Position numbers and translations under genes: made by a program. Shown here in pieces: positions 13,552-28,568 of a stretch of DNA of 64,000 bases (the stretch's first letter is position 1; each line of letters starts with the position of its first letter). The DNA is from Octopus sinensis (lineage: Eukaryota). The notes under the pieces were generated by a model. That model did not search any database. It saw only the letters and a program-made list of their open reading frames with translations, and was not told the DNA's origin. The stretch covers positions 29,574,001 to 29,638,000 of the forward strand of contig NC_043014.1 of the NCBI RefSeq assembly GCF_006345805.1, written 5' to 3'.

Positions 13552-13935
13552 CTATATATATAAAGCTGAAGTTGTCCGTGTGTGGCAGGTTTGGTAGCCG
13601 TCAACTAACACTATATTCTCCGAGACCCTGCACCGCAAGTTGACCAAAATTGAGAGTATGATAGAAGAAGGCCTGCTCTTCCTTTCGTAGAAGATAAAAT
13701 TCAAATCGGACCATGTAACGATAAAAAATTATTTACATCAAAAAGGTGCTTTATTTCTATGAAAATCCCTATTTATTAACGATTTTTTGACTGCTGTGAC
13801 GCAATTTTTCGGTGTATTCAACCAGAAAAATGTTCACTAAAAGAATAACAAGCTACATAATAGAAAATTTTTACTTTTCAAAAATCCAATTCTAAGGGTC
13901 GAAACAACCCGAGAAACGCCGGGCGATACTGCTAG
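13551..13935 (+). mobile_element. Non-autonomous Helitron-like element (385 bp) inside an (AAT)n array
   Basis: 5' TC(TATATATAAA), 3' CTAG preceded by the GC hairpin cccg-agaaacgc-cggg; sits between A and T with no TSD. Confidence 0.85.
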
Positions 13936-13965
13936 TAATAATATAATAACAACAACAACAACAAC

Positions 13966-13998
<33 letters not shown>

Positions 13999-14617
13999 TA
14001 ATAATAATAATCACAATAATAATAATAATAATATACAATAATAATAATAATAATAATAATATAATAATAATAATAATTTATTATTATTATTATTAATAAT
14101 AATATTAATAAAAGTAATAATAATAACGACGATGATGATGATTATAGCACACACACGCATAACCGCGCTCACACACACACAGACACTGTAATAAGAAAAT
14201 CAGTTGACAAAGGAATAAACGATTATCTTAAGAAACGCCATTAGCTTACATACGTTTCTACTATAGGTTGCTGTGGACTCAGATGAATGCCTGAGTAACA
14301 CCTTATTGCTTCATTGGAACCTCGGATATGACGTGTAATTCATTACATCAGTTCCAAGCAACTTTTAGCAGAAATAGTTATAAGCTAATAAAGTTCATAA
14401 GACAATCGCTTATTCCTTTGTCGTTTCACTTTCTTATGACAGCTCTGTCCTCGATTAACGATTCATTCGGAAGCTTATGTGTATTGAGTTCTACACCAGG
14501 TTATTTAGTCTCACATTGGCAAAGCGAAATGTATATATATTCGTGTGTATATGGATGCTTACATGTATGTATGTATGTATGTATGTATGTATGTATGTAT
14601 ATATGTGTGTATGTATG

Positions 14618-14659
<42 letters not shown>

Positions 14660-14817
14660 CAAACCACGTACGCATATAATATGCATATCCATATACAACA
14701 CCCACACACACCCACACACCACACCCACACACATATATATATATATTATATATATATTATATATATATATATATATTATATATATCATATATACACATAT
14801 ATATATGCACATATATA

Positions 14818-15240
14818 GGCGCAGGAGTGGCTGTGGGTACGTAGCTTGTTTACCAACCACATGGTTCCGGGTTCAGTCCCACTGCGTGGCACCTTGGGCG
14901 AGTGTTTTCTACTATAGCCTCGGCCGACCAGAGCCTTGTGAGTGGATTTGGCAGACGGAAACTGAAAGAAGCCCGTCGTATATATGTATATTATATATAT
15001 ATATATATATATATATGCGTGTGTGTGTTTGTGTGTCTGTGTTTGTCCCCTTAGCATTGCTTGACAACCGATGCTGGTGTGTTTGTGTCCCCGTTACTTA
15101 GCGGTTCGGTAAAGAGACCGATAGAATAAGTACTGGGCTTACAAAAGAAAGTCCCGGGTCGAGTTGCTCGACTAAAGGCGGGCTCCAGCATGGCCGCAGT
15201 CAAATGACTGAAACAAGTAAAAGAGTAAAAGAGTAAAGAG
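14818..15240 (+). mobile_element. Full-length composite SINE, family A
   Basis: Same head, internal microsatellite and tail as 7714-8142. Confidence 0.92.
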
Positions 15241-15308
15241 TATACACGTGCATATATACCCGAATATATCTACATTTCCGTTGAACTGTAGGTCTATGTA
15301 AAGCTATG

Positions 15309-15376
<68 letters not shown>

Positions 15377-15754
15377 TATATATGTGTGTGTGTGTGAGAA
15401 AAGGATTAAAAGTAATGTATGCAACTTTGTGATAATCCCATTATCATTGTTGATATTATATATATATATATATATTATATATGTATAAATATATGTATAG
15501 AGAGAGAGGGGGTGGAGGAGGTAGGGAGAGAGCGGGAGAGGGAGAAAAAAGTGATAGGAAGAGGGGTAAGGAGAGTAAAAGGGGATGCTACAGAAATACA
15601 TATACAAGCACATAATTATGTGCATGAATTATATAATACATACATACACTCGCTGTTGTAGAGGAGATAAATCAATACGTAATATAGAAATATATATATA
15701 TACATATAGATTCCTATAAATAGCCATATAAATATTCGTGTTTATATATGTGTG

Positions 15755-16125
15755 TATGTGTGTGTCTAGAAGAGAAAGAAATTATGTATAATTACACACA
15801 CACACAGATATATATTATATAATATATATACATATATAATATATTTATATATAAATATAAATATAAATATATATATATTTTTATATATAATATATATATG
15901 TGTCTGTGTGTGTGTGTGTGGTGTCTAGAAGAGAAAGAAATTATGTATAATTACACACACACAGATATATATATACATATATATAATATATAAATATATA
16001 TTATATATAAATAATATATATATAAAAATATATATATTTTTTTTTATATATAAATATATATATGTGTGTGTGTGTGTGTCTAGAGAGAAAGAAATTATGT
16101 ATAATTACACACACACAACAAATGT
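15755..16125. repeat. Three tandem copies of an about 155-bp unit
   Basis: gtgtctagaagagaaagaaattatgtataattacacac recurs at about 15762, 15921 and 16077, separated by TA tracts. Confidence 0.9.
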
Positions 16126-16566
16126 ATATATATATATAGAATATATTTTATATATAATATGTATTTATACATAAATATATATATATATAAATATATATAT
16201 ATATATTATATATAAATATATATATATATAATATGTGTGTGTATGTGTGTGTGTGTGTGTAAATATATGTTTGAATGTATATAATACGTATATATGTATA
16301 TATGCACACATATATATACGTGTGTATTTGTGTGTGTGTGAGCGCGCGCGTTGGAGAGAATGCTTATATAAAATCGGCATCAGGGTTGAAATAAGTATTG
16401 GTGACGAAATCATACAAAGCAATGCTGCAACATAAACCACGACACCTAATCAATGAAACGAATACATGCCAGACATCGATGATATACATTACCTAATGTA
16501 GATGTACGGTGTTTGTGTGTGTCCTTTGTGCGTGTGTATGTACGTATGCATGTGTGTATGTATGTA

Positions 16567-16601
<35 letters not shown>

Positions 16602-16920
16602 TGTGTGTGTGTGTGTGTATATATTATATGTATATGTATAAGTAGTTATATATATGATGTATATATATATTATAATATTATATATATATATATATTATAT
16701 ATATATATATATATAATATATATATATACATATATGTAACAAATCTATGCACTTACACTGGTATATATATATATATAATATATATATATATTATATTTAT
16801 ATATATATATATATATACATACACGATACATATACATGCATGGTAAATATACATATACATAGACATGATAAATATACATATACATACATGATAAATAATA
16901 TATATATATATGTATATATA

Positions 16921-16967
<47 letters not shown>

Positions 16968-17040
16968 CACAGATACATATACATGCATGGTAAATATACA
17001 TATACATATACATGATAATATACATATACATACATGATAA

Positions 17041-17077
<37 letters not shown>

Positions 17078-17080
17078 TAT

Positions 17081-17120
<40 letters not shown>

Positions 17121-17417
17121 TATGTAATGCATGGCTGAAACGAATAAGAGATAAAAGAATACACACACACACACAAATATATATATTATATATATATATA
17201 TTAATATATTATATATATATATATTGTATATGTAAATATATACATATAGTGAATTTTAAAAAAGTACAGAGAAAAAGAAAATATATATATATATATATAT
17301 GATAAATATATATAGTTACATAATATTTACATATATATATTCGTGTGTATATATATATATATACATATACTATATATTTATACATATATATATTCGTGTG
17401 TGTGTGTGTGTGTATGT

Positions 17418-17464
<47 letters not shown>

Positions 17465-17651
17465 TATAGTCAATTTAAAACAAGCACAGAGAAAAATAAA
17501 ACACATATATGGTAAATATATATATAATTATGTGTGTGTGCATTAATAAATTTATACATATAAGGAGAAATTGCCAAGTCGCTCTACTGTGGGATTGAAC
17601 ACGGTACCATGTGGACGGAGTGCAAGCTTGTTACCACACGACATTACTGCG

Positions 17652-17654
<3 letters not shown>

Positions 17655-17710
<56 letters not shown>

Positions 17711-17723
17711 TATATATATATAA

Positions 17724-17788
<65 letters not shown>

Positions 17789-18110
17789 GTATATATATAT
17801 ATATGTATATATATATGTATATATATATATGTATAAATTATATGTATATATATATATATAATGTATATATATATATGGATATATTATAATGTATATATAT
17901 ATATGTATTATATATATATATATTATATATAGATATATATGTATATATATATATTGTATATATATATATGTATATATATATATGTATATATATATATGTA
18001 TATATATATATGTATATATATATAATATATATATATATATATGTATATATAATATATGTATTATATATATATGTATTATATATGTATATAGATATGTATA
18101 TATATATATG

Positions 18111-18163
<53 letters not shown>

Positions 18164-18245
18164 TGTATATATATATATATATATTATATAGAGAGAGAGA
18201 GGAGAGAGAGATGATGATATATATATGATATATATATATATACAA
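17655..18245. repeat. Very long interrupted (TA)n microsatellite
   Basis: Direct observation; abuts the head of a degenerate minus-strand SINE A at about 17560-17655. Confidence 0.97.
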
Positions 18246-18811
18246 CACATAAATACATGATTAATATATGTATGTATTATATACACATGTGCATATTTAC
18301 CTCGAAATATGCATATAATTTGCATATAATGCATATATCTATAAATCATCTTGCATATTTATATTCCTACATACATCTCTCCTCTCTCAGTCTCACTCTT
18401 TCTCTGTGTGTGTGTGTGTGTGTGTGTTTCTATCTCTCTCTCTCCCTCTCTCTGTATTTGTGTGTGCATATGCATATATATATATATATAAGATTAATAT
18501 AAATAGCTATGTGCAATGTGGTACCATAAAGGAGAAATATAATCGTCACTTAACTCGACAAGGTGTGCCAAGACACCTTCATTGCTAAAAATAACAACTA
18601 AAAGACTCTAATGCTGTAGGTAAAGCACACAAATATATACATACATGCTTACGCAGCCCATATGAGTATATATATATATATATATATTTATGCGCTTTTC
18701 CTACTGCATTAGAGTATTTTTGTTCTTATATCCCGCAACGTATGTGTCTTGACCTTAGCAGCATTTGGTGGCGATTATACACACACAGACACGCACACAC
18801 ACACACACACA

Positions 18812-18878
<67 letters not shown>

Positions 18879-18925
18879 CACATACATATATGTAGATATA
18901 CACATTTCATACATATATATATACA

Positions 18926-18965
<40 letters not shown>

Positions 18966-19011
18966 TATATATATATATATATATGTCTCTCTCTCTCCTC
19001 TCTCATCTATA

Positions 19012-19082
<71 letters not shown>

Positions 19083-19467
19083 TATATATATATATATATA
19101 TATACATATATATATAATATATATATATATATGTCTATATATATATATAAATATGTCCACACGTGCAATCATTTCTACATATATATACATATACGCACCC
19201 GCGCACACAGACACAGAATAACGTATTCACTACATACATACATGTGTATGTGTACTAATACACACACACACACACACTATGTAGAGAATATCTTTTATTC
19301 GTTCATGCTGCAAGCTGCTGTTTTCACTCTATCTCCGTTCATTCTCAAACACACTTACACATTGAACGTTGGATATGTTTGGATAACATCGGTGGCTTTT
19401 GGAGTGAGAGGGAAAAGCTTTCTCCTTAAAGTACATTGTATCGATTGCCTTCTGTAAACGTGTATTA

Positions 19468-19513
<46 letters not shown>

Positions 19514-20206
19514 CATACATACATGTATAGAAATATGTTGTATTTATATATGTATGTATATACGTGTGTATGCCGATATATATTATATACATGTGTTTGT
19601 GTGTGTGTGTGTGTGTGGATATGCGCGTATGTAAGCTCCGGACTCGGGATACATTTTGTCTTCACCAAAACTACTCTACCAGCCGGCTAATTTTGAGTAC
19701 TGTAATTATTACAGAAACAAATTGAAGTACATGCATTACACGAAAATCAAACAGGCTCAACTCGAACCCTACCAGAAGAGAAAAAAAAATCCACGTAAGA
19801 TTGCAAGTTATATATTTTGTCTAAAATATTATTTTGTGTTGAATCGAAAAACTTATATTTCATGATTATTCATTGTTTAGACCTTATTTAGAGATAATTA
19901 AACGAATTTACACTTCAGTGACGGTTAAATTTTCTTCATATTTATATTCTTTATACACTTGTTATTGTGGCAATGCTCTTAGAACCGAAATGGCTGGAAA
20001 CCACAAAGAACACCACTCTAAGTCTAATTAACCTTAATTATAGTAGATGTGTGGCTGATATATCTAGGTGTGTGTGTATATATATGTAGGTATAAATATA
20101 AATATCTGTCCACCTATCTCTCTCTCTCTATATATATATATATAAATACATCTCTCTATATATAAATATATTTTTTCTGTCTGTGTGTGTGTGTGTCTCT
20201 CTACAC

Positions 20207-20280
<74 letters not shown>

Positions 20281-20567
20281 TGCACGCACACACGCACGCA
20301 TATACGCAAGCAAACATACAAAAGCTAATGTCTGGTGTTTCACTACTTTGTTTCCTTATTAATTTCTGAATAATGCATATTTCTGAATGTAATTTTGTAG
20401 AAATATGTTTTCGGTAAAGTGCAAATGACAGTTATGATTAAATTAAAAAGGAAATTTTAGTTTACTCTTACACAGAAACAAACACCCAAGTATTTGTTCA
20501 TGAATATCGCACGTAAAAATTCTTTGATGTTCACAAATATATACGTATATTATTATTATTATTATTG

Positions 20568-20628
<61 letters not shown>

Positions 20629-20768
20629 CAGCAGTAGTAGTAGTAAACACGAGAAGTTACTGAGGGACTCTAGGGATAAGATTTTCGTGCCTTGGCACTT
20701 ATGAAGTGCACGAAAATATCGGCCTTTAAGTCACTCTGTAACTCCTACCTATTAATAATATATGTGTA

Positions 20769-20816
<48 letters not shown>

Positions 20817-21344
20817 TGTATGTATAAATATATACGTTAGTGTATATATATATATGTGTGTGTGTGTGTGTATATATGTATGTATGTATGTATATATAGA
20901 TACTTATGAATATACACACTCACACACATACACACACACATACACACAAATGCATTGTTGATAACGATTCTGGAAAAAAGGTAGAGGTAGGATTTTAACC
21001 ACTACCCAACCTTTTCGATATATTTCTATTTTAACTTCGTTTTGAAAATGTGTAACATAAATTCAAAGGAATTTTCGAAAAACTGACAGTACTGAACTAT
21101 TTTAAGAGAAAGGGTGAATTTTGTTCCCCACTACCAATAATTTTTTGTTACTTTTCGTGTTTTTCTTTTTTTTTTTGTATCTACGGTACTTAAAACATAC
21201 ACACCCAAAGAAAATACATTTTTGTGGCGCACGACATAACTGGTTATTTTTTAGGAATGCCTATATATATATATATATATATATATGTCTATGTATATAA
21301 GTATTATATATATAGATTATAACATTGGTAGTATAGACACACAC

Positions 21345-21560
21345 ATAGTGGTTTCATATTTTGGTACAAGACCAGCAATTTCGGGGGAGGGTTAAATCGA
21401 TTACATCGACCCTAGTTTTCAACTGGTACGTATTTTATCGACTCCGAAAGGATGGAAGGTAAAGTCGACCTCGGTGGTATTTGAACTCAGAACATAAAGA
21501 CGGACGAAATGCTACAAAGCATTTTGCCTGTCGTGCTAACGGTTCTACCAGCTGGCCGCC
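21345..21560 (-). mobile_element. tRNA-derived SINE (family B)
   Basis: Reverse complement reads ggcggccagctggtagaaccgttagc...gttctgagttcaaat...gtcgactttaccttccatcctttcggagtcgataaaata; related copies at 35799-36025 (+) and 63360-63437 (-). Confidence 0.85.
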
Positions 21561-22149
21561 GTCACACATACATTGTTATAGCTTCATGTATGTATATTCA
21601 TATAATTAACGAAACTCTTGGCCCTTGTCTCACATGGTAACTTCAGCGAATTGAATACATGTATGCATACATACATAATACATACATACATGTATCTATG
21701 TATATGTATACCTACAAATGTATATATCTTTGAAAACTTTTATATTATTGGAAAACCTATATAAATTAGCTGAAGATTACTCAGCATCTTAAATCTGCTG
21801 TAATATTTACAGCTTTTAATAAAATGTTGTAGTATGAAACAATTGTACTAAATTACCGGAATCATTCTTGTTGCTTATTTTTGATTATAATCACCCCGCA
21901 AATTTTTATGGGTAACACCATACAAAATTCGGGTGCATCTAAATTAAGTACCATATTCATTTGAATCTAAATTGTTGTATATCTTGAAATATATACAAGT
22001 ATCTGTATGTATGTGTGTGCGCGTATATATGTGTGTGTATGTATGTATGTATATGCATACACTTAATCGGTAAGAAGTTACAAATATGACATGCACAAAA
22101 CTCGGTCCTTAAATCACTTTCGTAACTAGTTTTCGATTAAGAGTAGAAA

Positions 22150-23075
22150 AGTAGAGACGGGGCACAATTGGTAATTGGGGTAAAATGAGTAATTTCTGAT
22201 ATCTCGTTATTTTCTCCCTACCCGTTTGAAACATTGCAAGTATTGCATTATCATTTTGTACTGTTGCTTTGGGAGTAGAAATTGGTCAGCATAGATGTTG
22301 TTGAAGTTGAGATTTTTAAAACAGTCGGGTGATAAGGTACTTTTTTTTCAAGAAATTTTTCCTCAACTTCGACCGGATTGTAATTGAGTTTGTCAATAGA
22401 ATATGTGGATAATTTTTGATGTCCAACAAACAATGTTGTTTTCTCTGCTAAATTCCAAGTCAATTTTCCCCGCGCTAATGTCTAATTTAATCATTTTCAA
22501 TTTTCAAAAAATTGATGTATAAGCTGGGGCAAAATGAGTAATGAATAATTTCAATAATTTCTTCACTTTAACTAACTGCATGGTGCATATATCGTGCATA
22601 TATCGTGAAAAGAGATTCTCCAGTAGATTGTGAAAAAACTATAGGGACTATTTGAAGTTTTTTTTTTATTTAGTTGAGTTTCGTTAATTTCATATCATAT
22701 GCCATTTTTCCATGATCCTCTTATTTTTTACCTATATATTTAATTTTTTTTTTACGTTTCTGATTTTTCTGGTGTCCAAGGATAGATATTGATGTGTATG
22801 AGTCTTTCTCGAGGGTAAAATCTGGAAAAGTGAAGGGACAAATTTACCTTATCTTGTCTTACTCATTTTGCTCTAGTTAAATTTGTCTTTTATGTACTCT
22901 GATTGAACGAAGATAATTTTCTGAAATAGTGTTCAGATTATGTTATAGCATTTTTAATGTACTTAGAGAAAATCATTTGCTTCGCTGATACAGTTTTTGT
23001 AAGGAAGCGAACATTTGTAAAAAATATTTTTTTCTCTAACATCAAAAATGCAGTAAATCTTACTCATTGTGCCCC
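22150..23075. mobile_element. Degenerate DNA transposon/MITE with ggggc(a)aaatgagtaa terminal and subterminal inverted motifs
   Basis: ggggcacaatt at about 22159 versus attgtgcccc at about 23066; internal repeats ggggtaaaatgagtaa, ggggcaaaatgagtaa and ttactcattttgc. Confidence 0.6.
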
Positions 23076-23135
23076 ACCTTCATTTACCTCTACATTATTT
23101 TTTTCAATTTTACCAAATTTACATGTGTGCGTGTG

Positions 23136-23202
<67 letters not shown>

Positions 23203-23273
23203 GTATATATATACACACACACACATATATATATGCATATATATTTATAATACACACATATACATATATATAC

Positions 23274-23306
<33 letters not shown>

Positions 23307-24188
23307 CACACATGTAAATGAATATATATATTTATATATACATATGCACACACGTTTGTATATATATATATACACGTCTGTATGTGTGTGTATAATTTAT
23401 ATATAAAATACACATGTGCGCGTGTATGTATGTTTATATTAATATGTATACACACATGAACATAAACTAGTAACTGGGGAGATGAAATTAAAAACAAAAT
23501 CTGTATGAAAAATGTGGTAATAAAATGATATTGTAACAGAAGTAACTATATATGTGAATGTGGAAATGTAGGAAAATTAAAAATTTTATATAGTTATCCA
23601 ATCTCAGTTGAATTTATAGGAACAAAATTACTTAAGGACATTTTAATTTTTGTCTCGGGCTTTACATTTTTTGTTAAGACAAAAAATATTTTATATAATC
23701 CCTTTGAAAAAGGTATATTGATATTTCCACATGCATACGTGTAAATATATATATATACACATAAATATATGAGAAAAAATAATCTCGGGTTTAATAGTTT
23801 TTTTCTGGAAGTGTATATTATTTTATTTCTTTGATTGATGTTCTAAAGCTGTTCGTTTTGTTCCTAATAATGTATCTGATCGAACGAATGAGTAGCTTGA
23901 ATTCTGTTACTTTGTGTACGAGAGTGTATGTCTGGTTTGAGGTCTGTTAGTTCAAATGTGTTTGATGTCTGTTACTCGGTCTCTGAGATAGTTTTGTCTG
24001 TGCGCGCGCCTGTAATTGCATGATTTTATATACATATATGTGTATGTATGCGTGTGTGAACGTGCAGAGTTGTACGTATGGATGTGTGCGTGCGTGCGTG
24101 CGCAAAACCCTCCGCACAATTGAGTAGAAGCAGTGTTCATTTTTATCTTGTTGCACTTGGTTAAAAATTAACCATAATTCTCACTTAC

Positions 24189-24294
24189 CTCCTCTGAGTA
24201 TGGATAGGTTTAACAACGATTCATTGATTTTATGCATGTATTTATTGAAATTTCCGTCGGAAAAGCGTCACTTTAAACGGTCATCTCTTCCTAA
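24189..24294 (-). other. Candidate exon of a minus-strand gene (mostly or wholly UTR)
   Basis: Strong donor GAG|gtaagt at 24189/24188; acceptor uncertain; possible start MHKINESLLNLSILRG. Confidence 0.4.
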
Positions 24295-25664
24295 CGACAT
24301 TAAAGCGCGCCTCTCTCCAACGAAGGAAGAAAATAAAAGAGAGAGAGGAAACAGTTTTATATCTTGTTTAAATACTGCAAAATATTTCAAGTACCGTACC
24401 CTGAGTATTATTCACTGACAATTTCAGACAGATGTACCATAAGCAAGTTCCAACGACAAGTCAGTTGCGATTTTTTTCCTTGTTAATATTTCTTAATCAT
24501 TGTCTTAGTCTTTCTCTTTCTCTCTTACTTGTGTGTGTTCGTATGTATGTATCTACTGTATGTGTGAATACGGTATGTATTGTAAGCATGTGTACAATTA
24601 ATTCACTTCATGCATGCACTTTATATACACATTCAGCTGTACAAATGAAATTATATAATATTAATCACCTTTTTACATTTTGTACGTGACCGCTTTTTTT
24701 TGTTGTTTTTTTTTTCTCTTCTATTACCATTCTTTGCAAACCAGGTGAGTGTGTGCGACACTATTTCTAATCCTGATTGTTTTCATTTCAATTCATTTAA
24801 TTTTATTTACTTCACTTACGTCCCTAGAAGAAAGCATGAAAGTCGTATCATCTTGCTTCAGCTTAAAACCGAGCTTTTGTGTCTGACATAAATAAATTTA
24901 TTCTTTATGTCGGCTGTAATAATTGCCGGAGTCTGTAGCAGCCGTTATTGAAACTTTGGTATCAGTTCAAATCTCTTTGGTTGAATGTTAATTTATTGGC
25001 GTGACTCGATTCCTCTCATCCTTTTCCACTGAAAAGTTGTTTCGATTAAAAAACAAAATGATATACATTTTGTCTTTTAATCTATCACGTACACTCAGGG
25101 CGTCTCGATTTGTCTTTTTTACCTAAAACCATTAAAATTTTTTTTTCTGTTTTTGCTATAATGGTTTGTCAATCAAAATGATTTCTTTAAAGTTGGTTTC
25201 CTCTTTGAAACAGATTTCACATACATTCCTAATGCTCTAATCTAGCTGTAGTTTTTAAGTTTTACACAAAAATTATCGTTGATTATGTTTTTTTATAAAG
25301 TTTGGTTAACGTTTATTAGTTTTTTGCCATGTTTCTTTAAACTTATAAATAAACGAGTAAAACGTGAGTTCAGAGATTTGGGTTAGGTAATAATGCGATA
25401 TTAATAATACCGCACTTATATATAATACATATGTCTGTCTTTAGCAATATTAAGAGCAGACAAGCTATCGCATGTTATCTGTAAAACTATGTAAATAGTA
25501 CAAGCACGCACTCACGCACCTGGTCTTATTATATTTATTACAGTTTTATGTCTGTCTGTAGGTTGAATAGAGCAGTGGTGGCGACTGTGACTGTCTGTAT
25601 ATTTGTACCGTGAGTCATAATGGGGTCAATCGATATGTATCCTCTCACGTAGTCTAGGACTCAC

Positions 25665-25755
25665 CAAAAGCCCGACCGACCGACTGAACTTGGGGGAAGC
25701 GGGAGTTTGTTCGGGTGAAAAATAAATAAATAACGAAGAAAAAAAAAATGGAGTG
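25665..25755 (-). other. Candidate first (non-coding) exon of a minus-strand gene
   Basis: Donor TG|gtgagt at 25665/25664 in a CpG-rich, repeat-free segment. Confidence 0.4.
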
Positions 25756-26330
25756 AATGAAGGAGAGACTGTTATAGTTTTAAGTTGTAGGGTAGTAATA
25801 TTTGGTGGTGAGATGAAAACAGCGATGGAGAAAGATAGTGGGGATCATGCGGTGAGCTTGATATATGTAAGGATGTATTTTTCCCCCTTGCGTGTCGTAT
25901 GTAAAAGGAAGGGACTTGTTAAACAGACTGGTTGAAAAATAAGGTTAATAGAAGGGGATGGGAAACTGTCTGGTACAGAATGGGGTGGTAACAGCTGAGA
26001 ATAATGCGATTGTGTGTGTGTGTACACGTGTATAGTGACATATTTATTTTGCAATTTTTATACAATAATGTATTTACATGTGTGTACATTCGCTTACTTA
26101 TGTCTGCGTTAATAAAAACAATTTTACTGTTGCTATCCAGCATGGCTAGAACCGTAATAGTTTTAATTACGTGTTTGATAGGAGAGGTAGTGACGGCGCG
26201 AAGCCTATTTCTCATATCTTAGATTGGTGTGTATGTCTGTGATTAGTAAGAGTGTTTTTGCTTTTATTTTAATTGTATTACTATACATTATATGAATACA
26301 TGTCTGCCAGTACCACTGTTTATCAAATCG
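25755..26330. promoter_or_regulatory. Putative bidirectional promoter region
   Basis: Lies between divergent first-exon candidates; about 24-27 kb is conspicuously depleted of transposons. Confidence 0.35.
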
Positions 26331-26479
26331 AAGCAGCTATCAGTCAAACACGCTCATCGGTCCATACAGCCATCCATCCATCCATCCGTCTGTCTATTTG
26401 TCTCTTTTATTTTTGTTTCGGCTGCTCCCCCGTCCCCCGTCCCGTCATTGTTAGTGTGAAGGATAAACTGGGTCAAGGA

Positions 26480-26537
26480 ATGGCGGCAGACTTAATCGTC
26501 ATCTGCTACAACAGACGTACCGGGGCAGCTCGTTGAG
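26480..26537 (+). CDS. Candidate first coding exon of a plus-strand gene of unknown product (MAADL...DVPGQLVE if one extra base in ttaat is an error)
   Basis: Good start context ggaATGG, pyrimidine-rich leader, donor GAG|gtac; as written the ATG frame stops at TGA, so a 1-nt indel must be assumed. Confidence 0.4.
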
Positions 26538-28158
26538 GTACTCGCTCTGACTACGGCAATCACTTATGATAGACATGTGGTCCAATTAAAAGAAAGAAAT
26601 GAAATACGCTAAGGGAAATAACTCAAATGCGACAATGGCATGAATTTAGGTAATAGGTTCAAGAGGTGATGTGATGAATGACTCAAAAAAATTTTCGATT
26701 AATTGAAATTTCCCCTCTTAGTTGAAGAAAGGAACAGGAAAAAAGATCTGACAATAATTGTTAGCGACATGCTAAGTAAAGGGGAGATAATTTCTTAAAA
26801 CAATTTTCCCACTTAGACGAGTTTGATCTTTGCAGACAAGAGGAAAGTTATAGACATGTTTCTCTTCAACGCAACATAGTCTACTTAAGTCTTGGTTCAA
26901 CTGAATGATCGTCAACTCACTGTGCAATTGCAATGCACTGTACTACAAAACACAAAGCCATTAACCGACAACATATCTATAGTCAGCAGAATTCCACTTG
27001 CAAATATACAATTTATTGATGTAAGCAGTATCTATATTTCCATCATATGTTATCTGCATGTTTTGACATTATACTGTTCTACGAATATTCTATGTTACAA
27101 CACAATGCTAAAATACTCAGACAACATAGACAAGATCTACACCAATCACAGTGGCCATGCTTCCGGCCATCATGTTGAACCGTTAATCTCTACACATTTT
27201 TTTTCTCTCTCAAGTTTTTTCCCTCTCAATCCTTTCTGTCGAGGAGCGTAGGCTAGAGATGTCAATGACTTTTCCATTCCTCCCAAGCATTAAACCAATA
27301 CACCTGCTTGTTGTTCTTTCACCTGTCTTTGTGTTTTATTTTCTGTAAATTGAACTATGTATGTGTGTATATATACATAAACATACATACATACATACAT
27401 GCATACATACATACATACATACATATGTGTGTGTGTGTGTATGTGTGTATATATATATATATATATAAATATATATATATATGTATATATGTGTATGTAT
27501 ATACGTGTGTGTGTATGTATGTATGTCTATATATGTATAAATAAATTAGATTAGATAGATAGAGAAAATGTTAAGTTATAACTGGTGATGTTTACTGGGC
27601 TTTAGCAGTCGATAAACTTTCTTCTATCTCTGTGCTTTCAAAAATGCTTGGAAAATATGTAGGAATTGGTTATTCCATGCTGCCATGGTAAAATGAACAT
27701 AAAACAAATGAACAAATGCATATACAACCTCACACAATCACACATCTATCTTATCTGTGTATATATATATTTACACACTTGCTCATGTTATTTGTTTGTG
27801 TGTGTGCATTTGTGTCTCTGTCTTGATGGCGTGCAATAAATGGTAACTATCATACAAATGGTGCTGTTCATTTCCAATCTTCCATGGAAACATGTTTGGC
27901 CATGATGAAAGGCATCTGGGCATAGCAGAATCAGCCACCACAAATTTAGTCTGACCCATGCAAGCATGGAGAAATGAATGTTAATATGGTGGTGGTGGTG
28001 GTGGTGGTGGTGATGATATATGTATATATATATATATATATGTGTGTGTACCTTTAATTTACTACATATATATATATAGGCGCAGGAGTGGCTGTGTGGT
28101 AAGAAGCATGGCCACTGGAACAAGTAAACAATTAAAAGAGTGCATATATATATATATA

Positions 28159-28325
28159 CTTTATTTAAAGCAGCAGAAAATTCAACAAAACCTGTTACTC
28201 TGAACGTGAAACTCAGACTAACAGGTTTTGTTGAATTTTCTGCTGCTTTAAATAAAGCATATTACTCTACCACTGGTATTTGAGTACTCTTTTTTCCACC
28301 TGTTTCACATTTATGTGTTTACTCC

Positions 28326-28327
<2 letters not shown>
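28159..28327 (+). mobile_element. Fold-back PLE terminus (family P2): 42-bp arms around an HHR remnant plus a 70-nt tail
   Basis: 28159-28200 is inverted at 28216-28257; same sequence and tail as 43117-43407. Confidence 0.8.
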
Positions 28328-28371
<44 letters not shown>

Positions 28372-28521
28372 GGAATAAACATATAAATGTATATATATAC
28401 CGGAGTAAACACATAAAGGTATATATATATACCTTGTTCATTTCATTTAATGGTTGTTTTTCTATGCTAGCATACCTTAGACTGGAGAAAGGTGAGGCAG
28501 GATTTTTACAGCCAATCACCA

Positions 28522-28568
<47 letters not shown>

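Noticed and set aside
16340-16455. Hydrophobic minus-strand frame GVVVYVAALLCMISSPIL after an acceptor-like AG
   Set aside because: No donor or supported stop, runs into a microsatellite, and no recognisable homology
19353-19775. Two further minus-strand exon-like segments (about 19353-19445 and from 19769)
   Set aside because: Each has only one convincing splice site, one shares a SINE 17-mer, and the peptides are unrecognisable
24189-26537. In-frame TGA codons (24270 region, 26534) and the PLE ORF as possible selenocysteine recoding
   Set aside because: No Cys-homologous context or SECIS is visible, and the PLE consensus ORF has ordinary Cys codons at the Cys positions examined
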